Of a DNA stretch of 64,000 nucleotides, positions 39,151 through 52,312 are shown piece after piece; position 1 is the stretch's first letter; each line of letters starts with the position of its first letter. The translations under genes and the position numbers were made by a program. The DNA is taken from assembly GCA_023231475.1 (NCBI GenBank), contig JALJEE010003057.1, positions 62,001-126,000 of the forward strand, written 5' to 3'. The notes beneath the pieces were generated by a model. It had not been told where the DNA came from, made no database searches, and was given only the letters and a program-made list of their open reading frames with translations. This stretch comes from Seison nebaliae. Lineage: Eukaryota.

Positions 39151-42100
39151 TCAAATTAAATCATGATGAGACACATATGACCATTTTATGTACACATCAG
39201 CCGGCTCTAATACTGTATGACCAAGCTCTTTCCACGTCTAAAGTAATGGAAACTACGGAATTTTCATAATAATTTCAAATGTAACTTGAATATCATGTGA
39301 AACAGTGACTTCATAAATGATTGAATCTAGAAAAGGAAAATTAGAATTGGTCAGCATTCCAATAGAACATATAGTTATCGAACTGTAATAAAAATGTCCA
39401 ATGGCATTATTGTTTTTATCGAAATATACTATGGCTTCATATAACTCCTTACCTTGTGAATTACTAATAGAAATCAATTAAAATTAATGCTCAGAAACAA
39501 TGGTAAACTGATAATGGAAAATGGCGTGGCCAATCTTCAAATAATAATTTAATGACATTCCAATTTTAAGAATATTTTCCGGATTTCTTTCCATTTTTTT
39601 CTAAATTATTTAAAATATCAAAAAGCCAGATTAGTTTTAATTGATATTAACTGCGTTTAAATCGTACCATTTATCATCGCCGATTTGAGGTAAACTATAT
39701 GTATATTGTGTGTCGCAAACAATTACACCCTCATTCCATAGAATACAATGTTCTTCATCCGACTTCTTTGAGTAACTTCACAAAATATGATAATAAAATA
39801 TTTTGAGAATTTTGAAAATTTTAAAAAAAACCTGAAAAGTAACGAAGAAAATATTGGATTTCCTGTTAAACTGCATATTTGTTCCACAGTTCGACGGTGA
39901 TTAGAATATAAGGTATGAGAATAACCAGCCACCTTGAAGGAGAAATAATTTTCAATATGAAAATTTTTAATTTAAACTTTGTTAATTTCATATGGTATTG
40001 AAACAAGTGATGCAAATCGTCTATTATTTTCAGTTATTTCCGAAATGGCAAACTGGAAAGAAAATTTGGTTACAAATATAATTTCCTTCCATAGAAAGAA
40101 TAACAGATTTGATTCCCATATAACTGTAAAGTATTAGACGTCTGAAAATGTCGTCGTTCACTATGGCACCTGAATATTGACCAATAGCGGGTACCACAGC
40201 TAATGAAAAAAGTCGACCATAGCCTTTCGAAAACCATTGTTGAATTAGTCGAAGTGGATAAAAATTGTGAATTTGATAATGGTAAAATTTTTGATGTTCA
40301 AATTCATGAACAAGTTCCATACAGAAAGTATCTTTACTTAATCCTTCGTTATTATCTAAAGAAATTCGTTAGAATTTTATTTAAAAAATTTTTTTAAAAT
40401 CAAAACCATAGAATATAGTAGGATAAGGTGGGTTGTTGAAGTTACTTTCTTTATCACATGGTGCACTTTTTGGTCGTGAAGTATACGGCAAATTATCTAC
40501 CTAAGATGGAGTTGGAATTATTTGAGTATGTGAGTAAAAAAACGTTGTCTAACAAAAAGAAGAGTATCCGTTGTTTTTAATTTGGTCTTGGTATCATTGA
40601 TTGGAAAGCCTTTGAAATAATCTATGTACGCATTTAACTCCTGTAATACAAATTATGGTTTGTCGATGAGAATAATCATAATTATTTACCCCAAAATTTT
40701 TTTTAGTAGAGAAAATCGCTGAAAATTCAGCTTTCTTCAAGAAATATTTTTTCAGCTCCGCATTCGCATAATATTTAGTAAAGCCAATGTAATTCTACAT
40801 AAGATAAATAGAGGAAATTTACTGAAAAAAATTTTCTAACTTCTTTCACATCATAATGTTTCTGAAATTGAACGATATTTTACAGAATAATTAATTTATA
40901 AAATGATAAATTAACAAATATAAAATCAAAGTTACTAACAACATTTACATCATAATTGTAATCGTTTGCGACGGATGTTACTGTCAAATACTAAAATAAT
41001 GAAATATAATTATTTCTCTATAAAAAATTTATAAGATTATGAAACTTCTGAAATTTGTCTGATAACGTCATTGAGTGTTGGTCCGGGAACGATAATGAAA
41101 TCGATCAATCCACTAATCGCTCGATATAAGAAATGTTGAGGTGGAATAACATGGAATTCTGGAAAGAAAATATTCCATGATAATTTTATAAAAAAAATCT
41201 ACCCTCCAATGCACCATTCAAGAATAAAACACCATGAACCTTTCCACTTTCTTCTTCACAAATGTACATTGGAATTGCATCTGGTTTATCCTGAAGAAAA
41301 TACTTTTGAATTATTTGATCTTAATCAAAAATCTACTTTTCTTGTAAAGAATGTCGTTTTGACATGTTCGGAGAATAAATCCTTGATAGGAAGATCAGTT
41401 AAACCGAAACATCGTTTTGATGATAATCGCCATCCAATATGCATATACTGATCTTCGAATGCTAACGGAGCATCAAACTTTAACGTATCTAATCTATAAA
41501 AAGAGATGTCACTTGAATTAAAAACAAAGTTTTATTGAACAATATTTCTCCCGTCGATCTGGCGATACGTAGATAGAATGTTTGATCTTTCATTTTTGGT
41601 GTCGTTACTACTAAATTATAATCTTGTCTAACTGGTTGAACATGGGATAATCCTAAGAGATGTTCAGCTTGTGGTCGATTTAAATGTCGCTTATCAGAGA
41701 ACTGTATTTGATATATTTGTCAAGGAATTATATAATTTGAATTAAATTAACTTTAATTTTTACTCCAAAATTTGTCGAGATTATATCCATAGTAATATCT
41801 TGAATAATTTGCGTCTCACTAGGATCTCTCCAATAAATACTTCCAATTTTTTGAAGAGTTATTTCCACTAAATTCGCATAACTTCGGTCTCGCTTATAGT
41901 TAGAAACAACATAATTTATAGTTTCACTAAACAACAATAGAAATTTTAAAAGAATTACTAAAAAAACCAACTTGCTAAAGGAACAAGTTTCGAACTGTAT
42001 TTCGAAAAGTGGTGGTGTTGTGCGGAATTTACATGATCGTGATTCGCAGGTTGATTTCCATTCACTTTCTGGTATGAAGTTCTTTTCAGGTAAACAATCA

Positions 42101-45100
42101 ATTGTGGCTTGATGAAGATGTCTGACAGTGAGTTAAAAATAGCGTTAAAATTATTAAGATTAATGAAGAAGAAACTCGCGACGGATCATGAAGTCTTTTT
42201 CAAGAAAACGGTTATGTTCCGGTAATATTAAAGTCAATGTATCTTTCGACTTACAAATTATTAATATTCAAATGGGAGAATTTGAAATAAACTTTATCAC
42301 AAATATTTTTGATGACTATTTCTTCATTATTTGTTATCAAGTAGAACTGTTTATCAGTTTGACAATCGATTCCAAAAATTTCCACTTTAGTTAGTGGTAC
42401 ATCGACCGTCATATTTTCACTCTTAAATGTAATCGAATAATACAACCAATTATCATCGAATAAAATATGAGTCGTCATAATTTGGAATTGTTCATCTGAA
42501 AACAAAATAAAAAGAAGTTGAAGGAAAAAGAACATTCCAGAATTTGATGATCTAATGAAATTTGTCGTTCAGCTTGAAATGTGGTATTCAATGCAACTTT
42601 TAATTGAAACGATCGTTTTCTTTTCATAGAACTGATAATTGAAAAAATTTAATAAAAAAATATTTTCTATCATTTCTAACTTTTTATCTGTTCCTAAACT
42701 TTGTGTCATTATGATACTTCCTCCTTTCATATGGAGATGAACTTGGTCCAATGGAGTATCCAAAATCGTATGGAAATTATCTATTTTCTTTCCCTAAATA
42801 GAAGACTTTTAAAATAATAATCTATATGAATTGAATGAACGTCATAATATGAATACCATGGATCTTCACCTGGAAAATAACTATCGACTTCTCGTTGATT
42901 CTCTTCAGTTGCTAGACTTGCCAGTAATGAATCACCAATAAGAAATTGAACATAATCGTTCGTTAATTCTTTTTCTTCCGGATAACTTTAGATTTAATAC
43001 AGATATAAAAATGATTTTGAAATTTAACTCAAATTGTAAAGTTTTCAAAATAATCTTCTGTGATTGGAATAATGAATAATAATAAATTTGCAATTGATAT
43101 TTCAAATCGAATGCTTTCATAATTTCTTCTTTCAAATCCAAACTCTCCCCAACAGTCATACGGGTTATAGGCAACAATGCAGCGAATTGTCTCCATCGGA
43201 TAAATTTTTCAGTTGTTGCAGATTCACATAATTCAGTGCCAGTCTGAAATTTAAGGAAATTCGAAAAATTTGTAAAAAATCATCTAACATAAGTTACTCC
43301 GAAAATGTTCAGGTTAAGGACTCCTTTAAAAAGAAAAATTGAATTTTAACCTATTTAATTTAATTAATTGAAAACAGTTTTTAACTTGCAATCTCTCCTT
43401 TTAAGTTATCACAACGGAAAGATACCAATTCATTAAAATGACCCGAGTATGCTCCAGCTCCCGCGAAATGGGATTCGGTCAATAATAACATATCATATTT
43501 ATTGAATAATTTAGTTGCCCTAAAGTTTAATAGAAATAAGAAGAAATTTAAAGTCAAACTTTTGCGTAGCAATTATTTCTTGTAATCCATAAATGTTATG
43601 AACATCATAATGTATATATGATAACTTATCATTCACTGGTAGTTTCGCATCCATACATAACGTCTCTTTATATAATTCACCTCCATGTATAACTAAATAA
43701 ATAAAGCAAGTTAAATTAATTTTGAAGTAAATTTGGAACTCGGTGCAAATTGAGGCAAATTATAATTGCCGTCACAAAATTTTAAGTCATCAATGTTCGT
43801 AGAAGGATTATTACTAATCAAATAGATACCATCAAGAGAACCATATTTCCTTCGCCAATCATCGATCATTCCTCCCCACCATTCTACCGTCTTTTCTTTA
43901 AAGAAATTAGGAAAAGCCATTTTGTCATTCAAGTTGGCCACCTGAACAAATTCGTTAGAAGAATTTTCCCAGAAAATTTTTTAAAGAATTAACATAATCA
44001 GTTAGAATTTCTTCATTTTTACTATCCATAATAAAAAGTTTCTCCTTTTTTCCTTCGTTAAACGGTTTAAAACTTTCATTGGTTGGAATAGCCAAACCCT
44101 TTTGTATAAGTTTCATTTAACAATTAATTAAAAAAGATAATAACCGCAACGATCATGATCCGAATACCCTTTTCTCTAACTTCATCTAAAGTGTTGTTTA
44201 ATGTTGGCCAATGATCAATATCAGTATCGAATGGAATTTGTCTATCAGAAAAGTGGTCGAATAACATTGTCGTATAGATTAAGTTTGGAGGTATTGCTCG
44301 AAAATTCGCCTTGAAACTTTCTTCATTATTCGAAACAGCTAGTAGGTGTAAGCCTAAAGACCAATATGGTACCGACATTGGTCGTCCAATAACCTTCAAC
44401 GTAAAACTTGATTAGAAAAGATATATTGATATTTAACTCGGTAGTATTGTTCCAAGACAAGTTCAGGTGTTGGTCCGGTAAATATATGGAAATCTAAAAC
44501 CCCACCAATTATGTTCCAGATTAATGCGGAATTTGGTGTATATTGATAAGCTGAGTAATAAGAAACGTAAATTTCAAAAACATGCAATTAATTAATGAAA
44601 TGGAACTGATTGCATTAGAATTCCAGAGAAATATTCCATATGACTCGCCATCTTCGTCGATAACCAGAACGAAAGGATGAATACCAGTTTCGAAACTATC
44701 TGTTTCGTATAATGTACCTGGAGTTCCGAAAAAGCTTTTCGCTAACTAAATGAAATAAGATAAAAGATAAAATATTCGAAGAAGAGAACCATTTTTTCAT
44801 CTCCCATTCCATAAACATTCGAATGTTCTGGTAAACTTGTGCCGATTTGAATATATTGATCGGTATATATCAGACCGCTAATTTTAGTATCGAATCTAAA
44901 AAAACCAGTTTACATAAATATTAAATTCGCTAATCGAATAATTAAACAAAGTTTTATTATTTGATTTCCTTTTGACTTGAATTCGAAAAGTTTTTCCTGA
45001 CGCATCTTCGTCCTCAAACATTTGATACAAATAATCGAATTTATGTGACAACTGAAGTTTACCTTCGGGATAAAGTTGAATAGGTACATGATATCGTGAA

Positions 45101-45538
45101 CTATCTTTCCGATTTTCGATCTATTAATTTATTTGCTTAATTTATTTCTCTTAAAATATAAACTTTTATTCGGAATGTATTTTCGTATCTTGACGGATAT
45201 ACTACAATTTCATCAATATGTTTCTTCCAATAAACATTAGTTTCATTGGATTTGAAGACATATACATCATTCTCATCCGTCAACGGTTCCACCAACAAAT
45301 GTTTTGACGATTGAGCTATATCCAATTTATAACGATCAATCACTTCTGTTTTCCCGTGTTCATAATAACAACGCGGTTCAACAAATTGATCCCATGCACA
45401 TTTTCTTTGTACGCAATTCGTGTGAGTGATACTTGTTTGGCCATTACCTCTCAATTGGTCCATGGCACAATTGAATCTTTGTCCATTGCTCGAGATGAAT
45501 AGACAACACCAGATGATGAATAGTTTAGAGAAAATCAT
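39151..45538 (-). CDS. Secreted tandem GH31 protein (maltase-glucoamylase/sucrase-isomaltase architecture: trefoil-GH31 x2), many short introns
   Basis: Signal peptide MIFSKLFIIWCCLFISSNG; trefoil-like CVQRKCAWD..PRCYY; IIGGVLDFHIFTGPTPELVLEQY; IGRPMSVPYWSLGLHL; DTPLDQVHLHMKGGSII; second trefoil near 41990-42110; NFNNPPYP; last exon TWKELGH..HHDLI* ending at 39151. Exon boundaries were not all verified. Confidence 0.85.
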
Positions 45539-46059
45539 AGTTTAGTTAAATGATGAATCAAAATTCTCATTTGTCTTATTAAGAGGAATGTTTATAAGAA
45601 AAATTCTTATTCCAAATGGTTTAGTTCTCATGATTCATTCAATTTTCTTAGAATGAATCAACAATTTGCACAACCTTCTCCAAGGTATGTTTTCTTTAAC
45701 TTGTTTACTTTACTGCGACTACTACTACAATTTCTCTCCAAGTTTTCCAAACAAACTTCGTATGATTTTCTAATTTAATTTCATCAGTTACAACTAAATA
45801 ATTAGAATTAGTTTAATGGAATACATAATAATAATACATAATAGTATGTCCTAGAATTGATTCCAAATTGGTTCTTTTAGAACATCAGCAACTATTTATT
45901 TGAAGTTCTGCTAAAAATTATTATAATAAACAATTAACATTCATTTAAAAGTTTCACATATTTCTTATTCAATCATAAAGCTGATACTGTCTATAATTAG
46001 AAGAATTAATTGAATGATAAAAAATATAAAAAAATAATTTTTTGTTCCGTCATCATATT

Positions 46060-46437
46060 ATGGACATCGATTTCTCTAACATATCGTTAGAAGATGATTC
46101 GGGATATTTGCCCGGTGCCACCAGTCTCTTAGAAAGTGTCGATAAGAAAGTTCTCGTTGTTTTGAATGACGAACGGATATTAGTCGGATTCTTGAGATCG
46201 ATTGATCAATTCGGAAATATTGTTCTCCATCGGACTGTCGAAAGAATTTTCATCGATAAATGTTACGGAGATGTTCCGTTAGGAATGTTGTGTATTCTAG
46301 GCACGTCAATTTCGATGATTGGCGAAGTGGATCCACATCGAGTCGAACGTATCACACTCTGTCAATTGTCATCTAAAGAAATTTTGGAATTACAAAAGAA
46401 AAGTCAGACTCGCAATCGTAAAATTGCGGTTGAATGA
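46060..46437 (+). CDS. LSM1: U6 snRNA-associated Sm-like protein LSm1 (divergent), intronless
   Basis: YLPGATSLLESVDKKVLVVL..LVGFLRSIDQFGNIVLHRTVERI..YGDVP matches LSm1 (YMPGTASLIEDIDKK..IGFLRSIDQFANLVLHQTVERI..YGDIP). Confidence 0.88.
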   Translation: MDIDFSNISLEDDSGYLPGATSLLESVDKKVLVVLNDERILVGFLRSIDQFGNIVLHRTVERIFIDKCYGDVPLGMLCILGTSISMIGEVDPHRVERITLCQLSSKEILELQKKSQTRNRKIAVE

Positions 46438-46706
46438 AAATCGTCAATAATTTTTCTTTTCAAAATTATCGAACAAGAAATTACCAAACGACCAATATTT
46501 CTACACATATTTTTCCTCTTTTCCTTCTTTATTTTATAAAAATAATTTTTTTAATTTGTTTGAATTATTCTAAATTCTCATTCTTTTTTTCTCTCCCATA
46601 AAAATAGATTTCTTTATCTGTTTCTTTTCAATCCGAAATTTTTATTCGAAATTTAAATTTTTCTTCATAATTTTCATTTTTTTATTTGGGAAGTTCATGC
46701 TGGAAA

Positions 46707-49700
46707 ATGGATTATTTCTCTCGCTTTAATAAAATTACCAATTCGGTGACGAGTGTGGTGAGCGAAGCGGTGAAAAGTGGATGGAAAGGAGCATCATATG
46801 CACTTGCAGCTAATCCGATTTCAAAAGAATATGATGTTCATTCTTTCTTCAATAAATTATAATGAAATTTCTCACTTTCATTTGTAGATTGGTGAAGTGG
46901 TGGGATTTGGAGGGCACTTCGATATTTGGACAATTCATAAAGGAAAAAGGAAATTGACGAACGAACATGTTTCTATTTTCGTTTTGGAGAAATCACGTTT
47001 AGATAAATTAATCGAATTGACGAAAACTAACAAATTGACAAAAAATTCGCGAGAAAAACTTTTGGAAATGTACAGAAATGGAGTGCAGAATTTACTGAGA
47101 ATAAAACATCCTCAATTTCTCGGAGTTCAACACAAATTGGAAGAATCTCGAGATTCTTTAGCATTCGCCACTGAATCATGTATCGGTTCTCTAAGTCATT
47201 TATTGAATTTGAGCAATTTGCCAAATGAGAAAGATTCCGATCTTTCTCCTACCGAATTAAAACGTCCAGAAGCCGTTACATGTCGATTAGAATTGAAATT
47301 TGGATTAATAGAAGTTTCAAAATTTCCTATTTGAAAACTGTTCTTTAAATTTAAATTTTAATTAATTTTCTTTAAATGTTATTTATTGATAAGATTCTCG
47401 ATGCACTCAACTTCCTCCACGGCAAATTGCAGAAAGTTCATTGTAATATAAATTTGTCGAATATTATCGTCTCGAAAAATGGATCGTGGAAATTATTCGG
47501 ATTAGATTTCATTATTTCAAATAATAATGTTACATCTGATTTGAATTATCTTCAATTTGATTATATTGATTGGTATTCGAATGTGGAATGTTCGCTACTT
47601 CATCCTCAACTCGATTATTTACCACCTGAATATGCCAAACGGATAATAAATATTTCTCATGATATTTATTCGTTCGGTTGTTGCATTTATGTTTTATTCG
47701 ACAATCATCGTCATCAATTACCATTCAATTATCAAGATAGTTTTACTAATTTTGTTGATGAATTAAGAAATCGAAGAACTCATCGAATAAATATGAGTAA
47801 TGTTGATGAAGAATTCCAAGAATATCTTTCACTCATGTTATCAATTGACAGTGATTATCGTCCTAATCCAACTGAATTAATGGATATCAATTACTTTAAG
47901 AATGATCATGATCTAGTCACATTCCGTCAACAAAATACAATGTTCCAAATGGACAATATGAGCAAAGGAATTTATTTGAAAAATTTATCGAATTTAGTGG
48001 ATAAAATTCCAAATGTTTCCTCTAATTCTCAACCAAATTAATTTCCTAAAATTTAATTTATATTTCATAAAATTTAACTAATTTTAGACTTTAAGTATTC
48101 GACGAATTGTACCGGAAATTACTAAAGAATTTACGACAACTTCCATTCAGCCTGATATCCTCAATCTCATCTTCAAAATAAGTCGATCAATCACAGTAAA
48201 TGAAGATTTCCAACAAAACGTATTTCCGTTTTTACGACCGATTTTCTCAATGAATATTTCGATGCAGGTTCGTCTTTTGAAAAATTCGATTGAAATAATT
48301 TCAATTAGGCATTACTTGTCCTTTTGAAAAATATGGATATTCTCCTCGAAAAAACAACAGAAGATTCTACGAAAAATGATATTCTTCCAATTCTCCACAA
48401 ATCTCTTGATTCCAATTCAGTCGTAGTTCAAGTTACTCAAATTATATGTGAGAACTAATTCTTTTAATTCTTTTGTCTTCTTCTTTTGTATTAGGAACTT
48501 TGTCTATCCATCTTACCAAGCTTCGTCAAATTGATTGAGAGTGAAACGATTAAAATGAAAATATTTCCTAAAGTAGCAAAATTATGTTTGTGCACCACCA
48601 CCTTAACCGTTCACTTTATTTATTTGAAAATTATTATAATTTCTACGATTTAGGTCCGAGTCAATTGTTTAGTTTGTATTGGAACATTAATAATTTATCT
48701 GGATAAATGGTTTGTTATTGACAATATTATTCCATTCCTTCAAAAAATCCCGTCGAAAGAACCATCAGTTCTGATGGCAATTCTCGGTTTGATTTGGGAA
48801 AATTCATAAAAACTTCTAAATTTGAATTTTGAAGGAATTATTCAAATAACATTCACCCATAAAAATCTGGGTATTCCCAAAGAGAAATTGGCGAGAAATA
48901 TAATTCCATTTCTCATTCCAATGACAATGGAACCATCATTGAATGAGAATCAATTATATAAAATCATATATTTATCTCGGAAAATGATCGACCAAATCCA
49001 AGAAGAACAATCGAAGAAACTTAAACAAAGCTCCTCCATTACAATACAGTCGACTGATCCTTCTTCGTCTACAACTGAAATAAAGTTGGAAAATAATTTT
49101 GAAATTGTTTAAAATAAATTTTTTTTGTTAGAGAAAAGCCAAAGAATGTTTCGTTCATGACTACCAATTATTTGAGAAAGGAGGATAAGAATTCATTATT
49201 AGTTAGTTGTTTATTAAAATAATTTTATTCTATCCACAAATTAGATGGAAACTTTGATGGAAGATTTTGGATTTCAATCAGTCAAACCAAATTTCACTGA
49301 ATTGTTACCAATCTCTTCTGTTCCTTCATCGGAAAGTATCGAAAGTGAATATCATATAAGTGACACGAAACTTAATAATCAGAAAAAGTCGGAAAGTGAA
49401 ATTCAACAGAAGAAACCGATTACTTTAAAAGACAAACAGAAAATGGCAAAAAAACAGGAAATGGAAAATATATTCCACATAAAAGATAAATTGGAACCTA
49501 TAAAATTATCGAGCACCAAAAAAGAGTCCACAAACTTCGACAATAATTTTTCAAGTTCCAGAAATAATCCAACATCGTTAACTGAACCTTTTGTGACGAG
49601 AATGAATGATAACAGAAAGAATTCGAAGACATTAGATAATATTGATGTTTGGACCGATTTCAAAAAGAATGAACCCGACAATACATCCTTCCAAGTTAAA

Positions 49701-49805
49701 CGACCAGTTATTCCATCCAAACAAATCAATACAGCTAAAATTAATAATAAAATGAAAATAGGGAAGAAGTTAACGGATGAAGAATTATTAGATTTCCTCA
49801 ATTAA
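46707..49805 (+). CDS. SCYL2: SCY1-like pseudokinase 2 (CVAK104); introns 46836-46887, 47314-47393, 48015-48087, 48268-48308, 48432-48494, 48609-48653, 48787-48834, 49085-49131, 49202-49244
   Basis: NPISKEYD|IG, LLRIKHPQFLGVQHKLEESRDSLAFATE, GSWKLFGLDF, PQLDYLPPEY, HEAT region VRVNCLVCIG..IPSKEPSVLMAILG|I..LGIPKEKLARNIIPFLIP. Confidence 0.9.
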
Positions 49806-50491
49806 ATTAAACTATCTCTCTTTGGCTTCATCATAAATTCAATTTGCTAATTTATTATTCTCTCATTTCAATATTTATTTGACATTTGGTATTATTCTTA
49901 AATTTATTTATTCATGAAAATAATTATAATATTCTGCTTAATCTGAATCAGTAATTGATGACAATATTTATCCATTTTTTTCCCTACTGTCTGTCCATTT
50001 GGTTGTACTTCACAGAAACCTAAATAAATAATAGTAAGCTAAATGAAAATTTTCTTCTATTAATTATTATTATTGTTTGGAAAATGTGGAGAAAGGTGAA
50101 ATATGTTTCTTTTAAAAAACGTTTAAAAAGAAAACTTCAAACTTTCTCTACGTGCACCAAATACTATTATGTTACCACTAAAAATTGATATTATCATATT
50201 TATGTTTATTAATTTGAAATTTAATTTTTTTTTATACTACACATTATTACAGTTCTTAAACTCTTACCAAATGTATCATGATAACATAATAATGCATAGG
50301 TAAATTTTTCTTACGTTTGTTAGTGGAAAGAAGAAATAACACGAAATTCGAATCGAAAACCGAACCGTATTCTCATTATTTAATGTTCCTATTTCTAATG
50401 GTTTAACAATCAGTTTTATTTTTTTAGTTTATGTTAATCTATAGTATGTTAATTTCACAAAAATCCAATTTGTCAGATTAATATTATTACA

Positions 50492-52312
50492 ATGTATCCA
50501 AGACATCCAAGTATGAACGCTGGAGAGATAGTTAGGAATCAACTTGAAACTCCACCCTCAATTAAGAACACATTCGGTATATGTAGATCAATTTCGCTTC
50601 TGCAAATTGTAATGTTTACTCCGTCATTAATGAAAATAGTGATAGATAATAATATGTGTTCGCCCGATGTATGTAATATATTAAGTAAGGTAAATTCGAC
50701 TGAAAGTCACGATCTGTGCATGTTTCCTAAACATACTCCATATGCATATTTGAGACATGAAATTTTGGTTTTATGTGGATGTCACACAGTACAACCAGAG
50801 GAAATAGAAAGAAAATTTAAATTTTCTTATGGTTCTGTATGTCCAAACTTAGGAATTAGTGACATCAGTTTTTCTCTACATAATTTCTTTCGATTGTTAT
50901 CTTTCGAGTACGAAGTTCATAGTGATAGAACAAAAAATGAAGAAACGATATCATTGAACAGAAACAGAATATTGGAAGTAAACAAGAAAAACTTTGATTT
51001 TGAAAAATTACATCCAAAATCACCGAATTTTCTTGACTATGCTACCTCAAACAGCCGCATGGAAGATCATGTCCTAAATACGGTCCAAAAATCGGCAATA
51101 AACACATTAGGATTGATACTCAATTATCTTTTTTTCGGTCCAGATAATGTAGAAGATGGAGAAACGATCGGTATAATAGTTGAAAAAGAATCACATCCAA
51201 TAATGGTGAGAGGACCTGATTTTGAGATTTCTTCTGGGATTTTCTCAAATTTCTTTGCATATTATATTCCAATTAATTTCATGTTCATAAGTATCAATAC
51301 CACGGAAAAAGATGAAAAATTTTATGTTTTCAATAAAACAATAGTTGAATATATGGATTCAATGAAAATGCGTTCATTTAATGACCGATTCCGAGGATTT
51401 TCCGCGAACATGGAATATCATTTAGAGACGTTGCTCAATGATTATGATCTACCTAAAATTGTGGGAATATCAGAATCATTTGTCGGATATACATTTTCTG
51501 TGCAATTATCTCACTCCGTAATTTGTAGTTTATATAATATATTTAAAAAGTTTTACGATGCACCCGAAGAAATAACTACTATTTCAAATAAAAATGGCCC
51601 AACATTAACTAATGAAAGACTTGATCAAATTATTATGCAAAACTGGAATGGTGTCATTACTGTTAGTGGTTATCGACCGCAATTACCAGATGATTTTTGG
51701 GATAGAGAAATTCCGCGTAACCAGGACCTGTTTCATGGTTATTACCCATCGAATTACCCAAATAACTATACACCTTACGCATTTGAAATTGCTTCAGAGG
51801 GTTGGGTGTTTAAACTGGATGGTCCGATGGAAATTAATGCAATATTTCCAGAAAACTTCTTTGTTTGGCGTCAACGTCGTATAGATGAACTGTTAGAAAA
51901 AGCCAGAAAATTTCGAGCACAACCTTTATCCGATCACGATAATAATTTAATCGAAAATCGAATAAGGGAATTTATTACTCCCATTGTTCACAGAGAAACA
52001 TTAGCCCTAGTTTATATGTATAGTATTAACGAAGAAAGTGGTTTGGTGGAAATGACACCAGAGCAATTTGTTACACTTGATTTTATTCAAATTGGGCGCC
52101 ATGCACTTGCTATTATTAAATCTTTTTCTGATGAAACTTGGTATGTGATTGATAATGATCTAGTTGTCAAAATACAAGACTTGAAATCTTTCATTGAGAC
52201 ACCTGATTTTTTCATTCAAACTACGTTTTGGTATCGAGAAAATTCTTACGAAAATGACATTAATGAATTAAGGCCTTTGGTTAAACCAATACTGAAGAAG
52301 CACTATCTGTAA
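50492..52312 (+). CDS. Intronless 606-aa protein, probable highly divergent USP (peptidase C19)-like deubiquitinase
   Basis: Long open frame. Cys-box-like IKNTFGICRSISLLQIVMFTPSL (N26-x4-C31) and His-box-like GRHALAIIK..WYVIDNDLV (H537, D554). Confidence 0.6.
   Translation: MYPRHPSMNAGEIVRNQLETPPSIKNTFGICRSISLLQIVMFTPSLMKIVIDNNMCSPDVCNILSKVNSTESHDLCMFPKHTPYAYLRHEILVLCGCHTVQPEEIERKFKFSYGSVCPNLGISDISFSLHNFFRLLSFEYEVHSDRTKNEETISLNRNRILEVNKKNFDFEKLHPKSPNFLDYATSNSRMEDHVLNTVQKSAINTLGLILNYLFFGPDNVEDGETIGIIVEKESHPIMVRGPDFEISSGIFSNFFAYYIPINFMFISINTTEKDEKFYVFNKTIVEYMDSMKMRSFNDRFRGFSANMEYHLETLLNDYDLPKIVGISESFVGYTFSVQLSHSVICSLYNIFKKFYDAPEEITTISNKNGPTLTNERLDQIIMQNWNGVITVSGYRPQLPDDFWDREIPRNQDLFHGYYPSNYPNNYTPYAFEIASEGWVFKLDGPMEINAIFPENFFVWRQRRIDELLEKARKFRAQPLSDHDNNLIENRIREFITPIVHRETLALVYMYSINEESGLVEMTPEQFVTLDFIQIGRHALAIIKSFSDETWYVIDNDLVVKIQDLKSFIETPDFFIQTTFWYRENSYENDINELRPLVKPILKKHYL

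Noticed and set aside
49107..49131. 25-nt ultra-short intron in SCYL2
   Set aside because: The upstream GTT donor at 49085 gives a 47-nt intron that keeps the next two exons in frame.
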